Below are positions 20,577 to 27,967 of a stretch of DNA of 64,000 bases, piece by piece. The notes below the pieces were generated by a model that had not been told where the DNA came from, made no database searches, and saw only the letters and a program-made list of their open reading frames with translations. The translations under genes were made by a program, and so were the position numbers. The stretch spans positions 32,001 through 96,000 of IMG/VR virus record IMGVR_UViG_3300037424_000564, one strand, 5' to 3'. How positions within the stretch are numbered: the stretch's first letter is position 1; every line of letters starts with the position of its first letter. The DNA comes from a virus. Its lineage: Duplodnaviria; Caudoviricetes.

Positions 20577-20903
20577 TTACCTTGAATGTGGTGGATGCAG
20601 ACCAGTAGCAGATCGTGCCAGATCAACTAGATCTTTTGCTTCCTTAAGTCTAAAAGAAAAATTTGAACTAAGTTCTTTGATACAAGGAATCGGCGCATTC
20701 CCTTCTTTCAGAAGACGAACAGCAAGAACATAAGCTTCTTGATCTTCGCTTTTAACACCATCAGGAAGACGATATTCGGATACTTGTGAATCAGCGAAAT
20801 ATGCACAGAAACATGCCGGATCTTCTTTAGCGAGACGAATAGCAATTTTCTTGTAATCAACTGCAACATCACCAGTAAGGATATCGATAGCTTTTTTGTA
20901 CAT
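20577..20903 (-). CDS. Protein with ribosomal L7/L12 C-terminal-like motif
   Basis: IPCIKELSSNFSFRLKEAKDLVD resembles the L7/L12 IKxVR...LKEAKDLVE helix pair. Confidence 0.5.
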   Translation of the reverse strand: MYKKAIDILTGDVAVDYKKIAIRLAKEDPACFCAYFADSQVSEYRLPDGVKSEDQEAYVLAVRLLKEGNAPIPCIKELSSNFSFRLKEAKDLVDLARSATGLHPPHSR

Positions 20904-20970
20904 TATGAACCTCCGTTAGTTAGTTATAAGACATTGTAAACTAAGTTTACTTTTTTGTCAATTTAATTTG

Positions 20971-21043
20971 TGCGGAATGTAGGGATCGAACCTACTTATC
21001 AAGATCTTCAATCTCGCGCATTGACCACAATTGCTTATTCCGC
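20971..21043 (-). tRNA. tRNA-Phe(GAA)
   Basis: GCGGAAU/AUUCCGC, CGAGA-UUGAAGA-UCUUG. Confidence 0.9.
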
Positions 21044-21231
21044 AGATATTAACCTTCTACCATATAGATGAAATGTTTGATTGAGTTACAACGTTCACAC
21101 ATACCACGTTTAGCATAACCAATATTCATCATTGTTTCTAATTCTTTATGACATTCTAAACACAACCAAGTACCAGTATGAATTGTCGGATTCTTTACAG
21201 TATCTAGCATTTTTAGTTCCTTAGTTAAATT

Positions 21232-21315
21232 TGGCAGACGCAGGGGGAGTCGAACCCACAACACAAGTTTTGGAGACTTGCCTAACTCGCCCGGTTAGAT
21301 GAAGTTCCTGCATCT
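21232..21315 (-). tRNA. tRNA-Trp(CCA) with enlarged D region
   Basis: AGAUGCA/UGCGUCU, CAAGU-CUCCAAA-ACUUG, GCCA end. Confidence 0.75.
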
Positions 21316-21320
21316 ATTTT

Positions 21321-21391
21321 TGGTAGTTTACCTTGGAATTGAACCAAGCTATATTTCGATATGAGCGAAACATGATCCCAGATCGTAAACC
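21321..21391 (-). tRNA. tRNA-Met(CAU)-like with reduced D-arm
   Basis: GGUUUAC/GUAAACU, UUUCG-CUCAUAU-CGAAA, ACCA end. Confidence 0.7.
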
Positions 21392-21400
21392 GTGATACTT

Positions 21401-21572
21401 CGGGCCAGTAGAAGGATTCGAACCTCCAAAGATCATTAGAATACAACCGCCAGATACGTCTATCTACTTTATGCATTCCCGATCCAACTGTAGCCTTTCA
21501 TATACTTTCAGTCATGACTCCTGCCATATATGAACACTTTCTGTCTGCGTCTTCCAATTCCGCCATACTCGC
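21401..21572 (-). ncRNA. tRNA-framed RNA with a ~110-nt structured insert replacing the anticodon arm
   Basis: GCGAGUA...GGCGGAAUUGGAAGACGC Leu-like 5' half and GGAGG-UUCGAAU-CCUUC T-arm; inner helices UUCAUAUA/UAUAUGAA and GAAUGCA/UGUAUUC. Confidence 0.6.
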
Positions 21573-21928
21573 CATGTTTGTATTTAAATAATTCTACTAT
21601 ACTTTTTTATTCTTGTCAATATTTCTTTGCAACAAATTTGATTATCGTCAAAAGATGATTCTATCCTAATTAAGATTCTTTCGTATGTCCAACCAACTGA
21701 AATTCCGGTCAAATAAAATTCATACCAATCAATAACCATATCATTATTATAAATTGAATTCACTATTAAGTCAAGTGGTATTCCTAACGAATCCGACATT
21801 TTAAAAGCATCAAACCCAGAAATAACCATTTTATCTTCAGTAGTTATTCCTACAGATCTTAAACCGTAACATTTTTTCCATTTGCGTTTAGCTGTTTCAT
21901 TTGTACCTCGCCTATTCTATTAAATATT

Positions 21929-22002
21929 TGGAGCTAACATTCGGAATCAAACCGAAATCCAGACTGTACCAGAGTCTTATTCTATCATTGAACTATGCCA
22001 GC
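21929..22002 (-). tRNA. tRNA-Thr(GGU), degenerate D/T loops
   Basis: AGACU-CUGGUAC-AGUCU; T-loop UUUGAUU; D-loop lacks GG. Confidence 0.7.
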
Positions 22003-22003
22003 A

Positions 22004-22092
22004 TTGCGGAGAGTGAGGGATTTGAACCCCCAGATGTTTTACCACCGGACTGTTTAGCAAACAGCGTCCCTACCAGATTAGGCCAACTCTCC
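22004..22092 (-). tRNA. tRNA-Ser(GCU)
   Basis: GGAGAGU/ACUCUCC-G, loop UUGCUAA, long variable arm. Confidence 0.92.
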
Positions 22093-22336
22093 AAATGTTC
22101 TAATTCCTACTTGATTCCCTATATCCCAAGCATAATACATTTCATAATCGTTAAAGAAATTATAAGGATTTTCGACTAAACTTTTCAATCCTGCTTGGTA
22201 TCCATCATTATATTCTTGTGTTAGATCTAGTCTAACTGCTTTCCCTTTTGGAACACCGGGATATTTCCTACTCATTATTTTAATTCCTTTAGTATAAATA
22301 GGCTCGATTTGCTGATAGATTATCTTCACACCTATT

Positions 22337-22480
22337 TTGCCAAGGGAGTTGGATTCGAACCAACATTCTTCTTATTACTTGATATTACCCTCTCTTATCT
22401 AAAATCAGTGATATCAACTCTGATTTGTCCATTGAGCAATAATACCTTTCATAAGGTGCTTTCCAGTCAGCTATCCCCCG
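22337..22480 (-). ncRNA. tRNA-framed RNA with large central insert (no anticodon arm)
   Basis: CGGGGGA/UCCCUUG acceptor-like stem, AGCUGACUGGAAAGCA D-arm, GUUGG-UUCGAAU-CCAAC T-arm, inner AAUCAG/CUGAUU helix. Confidence 0.55.
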
Positions 22481-22499
22481 AAAGTTAATCTATTATATT

Positions 22500-22582
22500 T
22501 GGTAGCTCTGGGGAGACTCGAACTCCCAATCCTTTCGGCAACTGCTTCTAAGACAGTCATGTATACATTCCAACACAGAGCC
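22500..22582 (-). tRNA. tRNA-Leu(UAG)
   Basis: ACUGU-CUUAGAA-GCAGU, variable arm, ACCA end. Confidence 0.92.
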
Positions 22583-22589
22583 ATGTTAA

Positions 22590-22736
22590 TTAAAAATTTT
22601 TAATCTGTTTAAAATATCCACGATATAGACGTTTCATGCTTGCAGGATGAACAGTTTTACTACATCTATCACATGCTTTAGTTTTACTAGTAATTCTTCC
22701 ACATACAACACAAAAACATTTAGAATGTGATTTCAT
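22590..22736 (-). CDS. 48-aa Cys-rich microprotein
   Basis: MKSHSKCFCVVCGRITSKTKACDRCSK...; AGGAGG SD upstream. Confidence 0.55.
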   Translation of the reverse strand: MKSHSKCFCVVCGRITSKTKACDRCSKTVHPASMKRLYRGYFKQIKNF

Positions 22737-22745
22737 TAAACCTCC

Positions 22746-22821
22746 TAGTGTGACGTGTCGGTATTGATCCGACTAACAACTGATTCACAGTCAGTCTGCT
22801 CACTTTTTGCACTACGTCACC
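22746..22821 (-). tRNA. tRNA-His(GUG)
   Basis: G-1 plus GUGACGU/ACGUCAC, ACUGA-CUGUGAA-UCAGU; unusual T-loop AUCAAUA. Confidence 0.8.
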
Positions 22822-23061
22822 ACAACTGTAGTAAATAGTCTCAGGTCGCTACATCGTCTCATACATATTAGTTAATTTAAATTTCATGCCTGAAAGATAA
22901 TTAGAAAAAAATAAGTGCGTACTTTAATGCCCCTCAATGAACTATAATTAGTATCTCATTCTCCGTGATCAGTTAGAGCGATACCTGTTAATTCAGGTCA
23001 ACTGGTGCGCTGTCTTGTATATATGATAAATCATATCACATCTTTAGCGTTTGAGATTATA

Positions 23062-23196
23062 AGAGCCGATAGTCGGAGTCGAACCAACGCTTGTCTTATC
23101 AATGATTTCTTAGATTTAACTAGTCATCTAAAAGCTATCTAAAGACATTATAACAGGATTTTGCAGTCCCTGCTCTAGCCACTGAGCTATACCGGC
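23062..23196 (-). tRNA. tRNA-Cys(GCA)-like with ~65-nt structured variable-region insert
   Basis: GCCGGUA/UAUCGGC-U, canonical D-arm, CUGCAAA loop, insert closed by UGUCUU/AAGACA. Confidence 0.65.
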
Positions 23197-23205
23197 AATA
23201 TTTTT

Positions 23206-23323
23206 AGCTTTTGATTGTAATCGAACCAATCTATACAAAACCTCAAGGTGACTAGTCTTGATTCAAGCCTTTAGTTGTCAACTACCTGCATTTAGTTTTG
23301 TATAAAATCCATCTTTAAAAGCT
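23206..23323 (-). ncRNA. Acceptor plus T-arm RNA with a long central helix (resembles the tRNA-like domain of tmRNA)
   Basis: AGCUUUU/AAAAGCU, unpaired GGAUU segment, UAUACAAAAC/GUUUUGUAUA 10-bp helix, GAUUG-GUUCGAUUA-CAAUC. Confidence 0.6.
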
Positions 23324-23401
23324 TGAGCAGAATGGGAGAATCGAACTCCTAATTGTCAGCTTGGAAGGCTGATGTTGCTACCTTACAACTTATCATTCTG
23401 C
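23323..23401 (-). tRNA. tRNA-Gly(UCC)
   Basis: GCAGAAU/AUUCUGC-U, UCAGC-CUUCCAA-GCUGA. Confidence 0.9.
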
Positions 23402-23404
23402 ATT

Positions 23405-23557
23405 GCGGTAGATATGTCAGGTCTACCTTCCTTATTCCAGAGTCGCGTCATGGAAAACCAGAGGACTATTTAAGTTTTCGTATCCTTTAAGACCAGTTGC
23501 CAATTCTGGTCAGGATACTTATTTACCTTAGACGAAAGGTGGTTAATAGTCAAACCT
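23405..23557 (-). ncRNA. Multi-hairpin structured RNA candidate
   Basis: GACUAUU/AAUAGUC, GUAUCCU/AGGAUAC, GACCAG/CUGGUC, UUCCA/UGGAA and GGUAGA/UCUACC helices. Confidence 0.55.
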
Positions 23558-23581
23558 TTAACATAAAATCATTTATTATAA

Positions 23582-23668
23582 TGGTGGGTGTGGAGGGATT
23601 CGAACCCACGCTGGCGTAAACGCCTCCTGATTAAAAGTCAGGTATATTACCACTATATTTACACACCC
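23582..23668 (-). tRNA. tRNA-Lys(UUU) with class II-like variable arm
   Basis: CCUGA-CUUUUAA-UCAGG, GGCG-UUUA-CGCC arm, ACCA end. Confidence 0.85.
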
Positions 23669-23674
23669 CAAAAA

Positions 23675-23750
23675 GGGTGGATGCGGTGAGGTTCGAACTC
23701 ACGGCGTATCGGTTAAAAGCCGATTACTCTACCAACTGAGTTACGCATCC
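23675..23750 (-). tRNA. tRNA-Lys(UUU), canonical size
   Basis: GGAUGCG/CGCAUCC, AUCGG-CUUUUAA-CCGAU. Confidence 0.92.
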
Positions 23751-23760
23751 ATAATATTAA

Positions 23761-23835
23761 GTCATTTTCGTGACTACATACTATGAATGCATGTAGTCAC
23801 GAAAATGACTACATACTATGAATGCATGTAGTCAC
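23761..23835. repeat. 19-bp perfect inverted repeat plus 30-bp tandem repeat
   Basis: gtcattttcgtgactacat / atgtagtcacgaaaatgac; tgactacatactatgaatgcatgtagtcac at 23771 and 23806. Confidence 0.9.
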
Positions 23836-24145
23836 TATTGTTTATATTTTTTCATAATTTCATCATATTCCTTTTCTTCTTTGCTTTTAATTGAAAGGTT
23901 AGCTGCATTATCTAAGGTACAAGCAACAATAACAACCAACGTTGCCTCCCATGAAATAAAAAACCCAATGATAAGACAAATAATACCAATAAACCATAGA
24001 ATGCTACTTTTAATCATTTCAGTATCCTTTTTATTGTTTGGTAGCTCCTGCCGGTTACGATCCGACTGCTTCATCTTATCAGGATGATGTGTTACCATTA
24101 TACCAAGGAGCTATGTTTTATATAAGACACTTTAACATCTTTATT

Positions 24146-24499
24146 CTAGTCTGTCAATTTATAAATCATGACATAAACTTTTAAACCTTTTTTAGTTGCA
24201 TAATCAATCATACCTTTTGTCCCGGCAGACTTTCCGTCCCAAATAGCAATGAGCGCATCTGCATAGTCTACCATTTCTCTATTTCGGATATGACCAGCGG
24301 CTTTACCTTTACCATCCCAATCAGGAATAAAAAACTTTATAGAAATATGATTCTTTTCTGCAAACTCTTTACCTAGTCTATCTACCCCTCTAGCACCACC
24401 ACAAACAACTTCAGTTATAACAAATCTAGCTTCTTTAACAGCTTTGAGTATTAGATTATAGTCCGTTATATCTCTACTACCTGCGATGATTACTTTCAT
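24146..24499 (-). CDS. SLOG family protein (DUF2493/YspA-like)
   Basis: VIIAGSRD, VVCGGARGVD, AAGHIRNREM, WDGKSAGTKGM. Confidence 0.85.
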   Translation of the reverse strand: MKVIIAGSRDITDYNLILKAVKEARFVITEVVCGGARGVDRLGKEFAEKNHISIKFFIPDWDGKGKAAGHIRNREMVDYADALIAIWDGKSAGTKGMIDYATKKGLKVYVMIYKLTD

Positions 24500-25044
24500 T
24501 CTTTTCCTTTGAGATTACCTCTTCAAAAAACCCATGACAAGTTTGATTATTTCTCAAATGAGGAACAGGAAATCTCATTTTATCATTATTTTTCGTATTG
24601 AAGTTTCTTCTTAATTTAATTACAGTTCCGCATATTTTACAAATATATATCATCTTAGCATCATCTTATATACCTTTGATATATAATCTTCCATTCCTAA
24701 ATCTTTTAAAACAATACCTTCATTGATATATCGTTCAACTAATTCTGCTTCTATAGGATACCATTTACCTTGTTTGATATACCATCGTGTTCTACCTGAT
24801 GGATAAGTTCTACATTCTACCTTTTCAAGATACGAATTAATCGTGACATATTTTTCTATTTGAGTCATGGTGTCCTTTCGGGATCGAACCGTTGCAATTA
24901 TATTATTATAGCTATACACCCCGTATTAGCATTAAATATAATCTCTTGTCCATCATCTACTCTACCATTACTTAACATGTATTTCATGATATTTCAACTT
25001 TGCCCAAGTATCACATAGGAGTTGAACCTATGAGGGACATAATA

Positions 25045-25121
25045 TGGTGGGGCTTATCAGACGCTACCCTGATCCTTGTCCCTGATGTACGGTCAGGTTG
25101 TGCTACTTACACCATCACCCC
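25045..25121 (-). pseudogene. Non-canonical tRNA-like gene, GUA loop
   Basis: GGGG/CCCC-ACCA end, CCUGA-CCGUACA-UCAGG (no U33), T-arm replaced by AUCAG/CUGAU hairpin. Confidence 0.45.
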
Positions 25122-25133
25122 ATATTTGTTATA

Positions 25134-25212
25134 TTGAGATTGCAAAGGGAGTCGAACCCTTTATTCGAAGTTTTGCAGACTAAGCCCATTACCACAATGA
25201 GGAAATGCAATC
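25134..25212 (-). tRNA. tRNA-Cys(GCA)
   Basis: GAUUGCA/UGCAAUC-U, CUGCAAA loop, weak anticodon stem. Confidence 0.75.
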
Positions 25213-25235
25213 ATTTTTTTGTTCTAGATATTTTG

Positions 25236-25763
25236 TTATCTCTGAGAGGACCAGTCAGATGAACCACTGTCGATACAGACTAATGTATTGCAATAGTGTT
25301 CTTCTACATGACATCTACAACATAATGGAACACAATTTTGAATCTCTTTTAATATTCTATCCCAAGACCATCCTCTTAGGTTTTTAAATTTACTGTCTTT
25401 CTTTGTTGGGTCTACATGATGTAAATCAATAGCTCCATAATACTTATCATACCCACATTTAATACATTTTCCACCTAAATATTCAATAGCTTTTTTACGT
25501 TTTTCATTACCAACTTTTATTGTATATTTGTTGTGACATTTCGAACAAAATGATCGTTTTTTCCCATAAAATTTATCTGGATTTGTTTCACCACAAATGC
25601 ATTTATGTGTTATATTTCTAGGTGAAATTTCTATCTGTTTAGTATTATGTTCCCCATAAGGAGAGCATTCCAAACAATATTTTCTTGTATTAATTATTTT
25701 AATCTTCCCATCAATATTAACTCTATTTGGGAATTCTTTATTACATTTAGTACAGATTGGCAT
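25236..25763 (-). CDS. HNH homing endonuclease inside the tRNA cluster
   Basis: CIKCGY, IDLHHVDP, CVPLCCRCHVEEH; TATAAATA upstream. Confidence 0.85.
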   Translation of the reverse strand: MPICTKCNKEFPNRVNIDGKIKIINTRKYCLECSPYGEHNTKQIEISPRNITHKCICGETNPDKFYGKKRSFCSKCHNKYTIKVGNEKRKKAIEYLGGKCIKCGYDKYYGAIDLHHVDPTKKDSKFKNLRGWSWDRILKEIQNCVPLCCRCHVEEHYCNTLVCIDSGSSDWSSQR

Positions 25764-25843
25764 AACAGCATCCTTTGTAAGATAGATACTATTATTTATA
25801 AAAAATTTATCTTACATTCTCATAATATTATCCTTAGTTGAAT

Positions 25844-25919
25844 TGGCGGGGGATGAAAGAATCGAACTTTCGTCTTCTGGGTCAAAGCCAGATATGTTAC
25901 CACTACAATACAATCCCCT
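25844..25919 (-). tRNA. tRNA-Gln(UUG)
   Basis: UCUGG-CUUUGAC-CCAGA, GCCA end. Confidence 0.9.
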
Positions 25920-25920
25920 A

Positions 25921-25995
25921 TGGTCGGTGAGGCAGGGATCGAACCTGCATGATCTACGCCCCAAACGTAGTGGTCAGCCATTGACCCACTCACCG
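25921..25995 (-). tRNA. tRNA-Pro(UGG)
   Basis: CGGUGAG/CUCACCG, CUACG-UUUGGGG-CGUAG, ACCA end. Confidence 0.92.
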
Positions 25996-26018
25996 AATTA
26001 CTAATTAACTTTACCATA

Positions 26019-26094
26019 TTGTCGCGGAAGCAGGATTCGAACCTGCGACCTCTTGGTTATGAGCCAAGCAAGATAGCCTCTTCTCTATTCCGCA
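26019..26094 (-). tRNA. tRNA-Met(CAU), initiator-like
   Basis: U1-G72 weak first pair, AUAGAG D-stem like fMet, CUUGG-CUCAUAA-CCAAG. Confidence 0.8.
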
Positions 26095-26269
26095 ATAATT
26101 TTAAATAATTCTTTATTGAGTCTATCTTTTTGAACCCTTCGTACACTTCTTGAAATTAATTTTCTTTCTTTCCCATGATAGACATTACAACAGTAACATT
26201 TAAGTCCACCAATTCCACAACGAGAATTCATTTCTTGCCTAAAAATATCAGACATTATAATCTCCTATT

Positions 26270-26347
26270 TGGCACTCCTGATCGGGATCGAACCGACAAT
26301 TTTTGCCTTGAAAGGGCAACGACTTTAACCAATTTGTCTACAGGAGC
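26270..26347 (-). tRNA. tRNA-Glu(UUC) copy 1
   Basis: UUGCC-CUUUCAA-GGCAA, GCCA end. Confidence 0.92.
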
Positions 26348-26388
26348 ATGTTTAGGGATAGAATAATTGAGGGATTGAACCTCATATT

Positions 26389-26466
26389 TGGCACTCCTGA
26401 TCGGGATCGAACCGACAATTTTTGCCTTGAAAGGGCAACGACTTTAACCAATTTGTCTACAGGAGC
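26389..26466 (-). tRNA. tRNA-Glu(UUC) copy 2 (identical)
   Basis: Exact duplicate at +119 bp. Confidence 0.9.
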
Positions 26467-26477
26467 ATGTTTAGGGA

Positions 26478-26621
26478 TAGAATAATTGAGGGATTGAACC
26501 TCATATTTCGAACCATCAATATAAAGACCCATTTTCTTTATACACAAAGGGAATCGAACCCTTACTTGATACGACCAGTATTTAATAGGAATTGAACCTA
26601 ACTACTCACCAAGTTATTCTA
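26478..26621 (-). ncRNA. RNA with three T-loop hairpins
   Basis: UAGAAUAA/UUAUUCUA closing stem; UAGG-UUCAAUU-CCUA, AAGGG-UUCGAUU-CCCUU, UGAGG-UUCAAUC-CCUCA. Confidence 0.6.
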
Positions 26622-26696
26622 TGCGCCCTAGACGGGGATCGAACCCGCTACTTTCTGCTCGACAGGCAGACTCCACTACCAAATGGACTCTAAGGC
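26622..26696 (-). tRNA. tRNA-Asp(GUC)
   Basis: UCUGC-CUGUCGA-GCAGA, G73. Confidence 0.88.
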
Positions 26697-26709
26697 ATTA
26701 TTAAATTAT

Positions 26710-26799
26710 TGGCTCCAGTGACAGGCTTCGAACCTGTAAGTTCCTTGCGAGAACGCTTGATTAACAGTCAAGTGGGTTTGCCAATTCTCCTACACTGGA
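26710..26799 (-). tRNA. tRNA-Asn(GUU) with class II-like variable arm
   Basis: UCCAGUG/CACUGGA-GCCA, CUUGA-CUGUUAA-UCAAG, GUUC...GAAC arm. Confidence 0.85.
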
Positions 26800-26812
26800 A
26801 TGATATTAATTT

Positions 26813-26887
26813 TGGCTCCGAGAGCAGGGATCGAACCTGCGACAGGGTGGGTAACAGCCACCTACTCTACCACTGAGTTACCTCGGA
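26813..26887 (-). tRNA. tRNA-Asn(GUU), canonical size
   Basis: GGUGG-CUGUUAC-CCACC, GCCA end. Confidence 0.92.
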
Positions 26888-27037
26888 ATGTTATGCTACC
26901 GATTTACATTAGGCTGATAAAGTGAAATAATCATTTCCTAACTATCTTGTAGCGATGGAAATTCTATCACAATGAATAAGCAGTCTCACATGGAGTTAAA
27001 GTATTCAATTGTGACTTAAGATTGTAGCCGTATTCTT

Positions 27038-27106
27038 TGGTGGAGCGACTAGGACTTGAACCTAGAATTGATGGGTTACAGCCATGCGTGATACCAATTT
27101 CACTCC
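27038..27106 (-). pseudogene. Shortened tRNA-Tyr(GUA)-like gene
   Basis: AUGG-CUGUAAC-CCAU, normal T-arm and ACCA, but the acceptor 5' strand and D-stem share the same GUGA. Confidence 0.5.
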
Positions 27107-27112
27107 AAAATT

Positions 27113-27194
27113 TGGTGGGTATGGTAGGACTCGAACCTACATGCTTTCGCTACGGTGTTACAGACCGCTGGACCACCAATTGTCCAACATACCC
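27113..27194 (-). tRNA. tRNA-Tyr(GUA)
   Basis: GCGGU-CUGUAAC-ACCGU, short variable arm, ACCA end. Confidence 0.92.
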
Positions 27195-27199
27195 AAAGT

Positions 27200-27640
27200 A
27201 TGGAGACTAGTTATCGGACTAATCTTTATCCACATTTACTGATCCGATTCAGACTTAAGTTTATATTATTGTTAGACTACACACAGATCATTGTCCAGAG
27301 TTAATAGGCTCCTTCCTCCCTGATATCATCTTCAAATATAATTCAAAAGATTTAAGTTTTCGGGCATACCCAAGGTACTTATTACCTTAAAACTGAAGTA
27401 TAGCAAATAGGTAAATCTAAAATCTAACAACAATGGCTTTGACAGGGAGTTAGTTCCCTCCGGTAGGTATCATGTTGCAAATCATCGAATAGCCACTATT
27501 CATCGAATGATATTGAGAGTTTATTATTGGGATTGGGAAACTCTCTCTTTTACGCAACTGCTTAATAAGCATGGACCCAATTTTGATGTAAGATATTTTA
27601 ATATCTCTTGGAGGGCTTTTCATCCTCGTCGTTATCTTAC
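27200..27640 (-). ncRNA. Large structured non-coding RNA candidate
   Basis: No ORF in track; TTGACA-17-TAATCT promoter at about 27648-27680; helices GAUGUAAGAUA/UAUCUUACAUC, GAGAGUUU/AAACUCUC, AGGGA/UCCCU, UUGUUAGA/UCUAACAA. Confidence 0.55.
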
Positions 27641-27685
27641 ATCTTGTAATAAGATTACTACTTAATCATTTGGTTGTCAATTTAA

Positions 27686-27967
27686 ATCTTCAAGTTTTCA
27701 GGCATACCCAAGGGACTTGATACCTTGTATCTGAGAATTGAGAATTTTGATTTCAGGTGGTTATTCCAAGGACGTCTCCATTCTAATTAGCATTAGAACT
27801 TCACAGACTCACCACTATCCTATACATCCATCAAAACTTATCACTTTTGAAATTATAAACCGTGTCGTAATCTTTTCAGACCCAACAACCATACCTCAAT
27901 AAATAATGGCTGGCTTATAATTCTAGTCAAGCTACTCAATTTTTTCAAATAACTCGTTCAACATTGA
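27686..27967 (-). ncRNA. Structured non-coding RNA candidate
   Basis: Own sigma70-type promoter; AAUUGAG/CUCAAUU, UUAUAAGCC/GGUUUAUAA, UUUUGAU/AUCAAAA, UUCUAAU/AUUAGAA helices. Confidence 0.55.

Noticed and set aside
21282-21476. ORFs overlapping tRNA genes (also 21901-22179, 25820-26017, 26338-26547, 5' part of 39040-39300)
   Set aside because: Better explained as tRNA or tRNA-like sequence
22830-22850. CCUGAGACUA resembling a group I intron R element
   Set aside because: No matching S, P or Q elements found; tRNA-His follows directly
23206-23323. Genuine tmRNA
   Set aside because: Too short, no G3:U70 pair and no tag reading frame; kept only as a mimic candidate
25000-25043. Isolated T-arm hairpin CAUAGG-UUCAACU-CCUAUG
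   Set aside because: No acceptor or anticodon partner identified; probably a tRNA remnant
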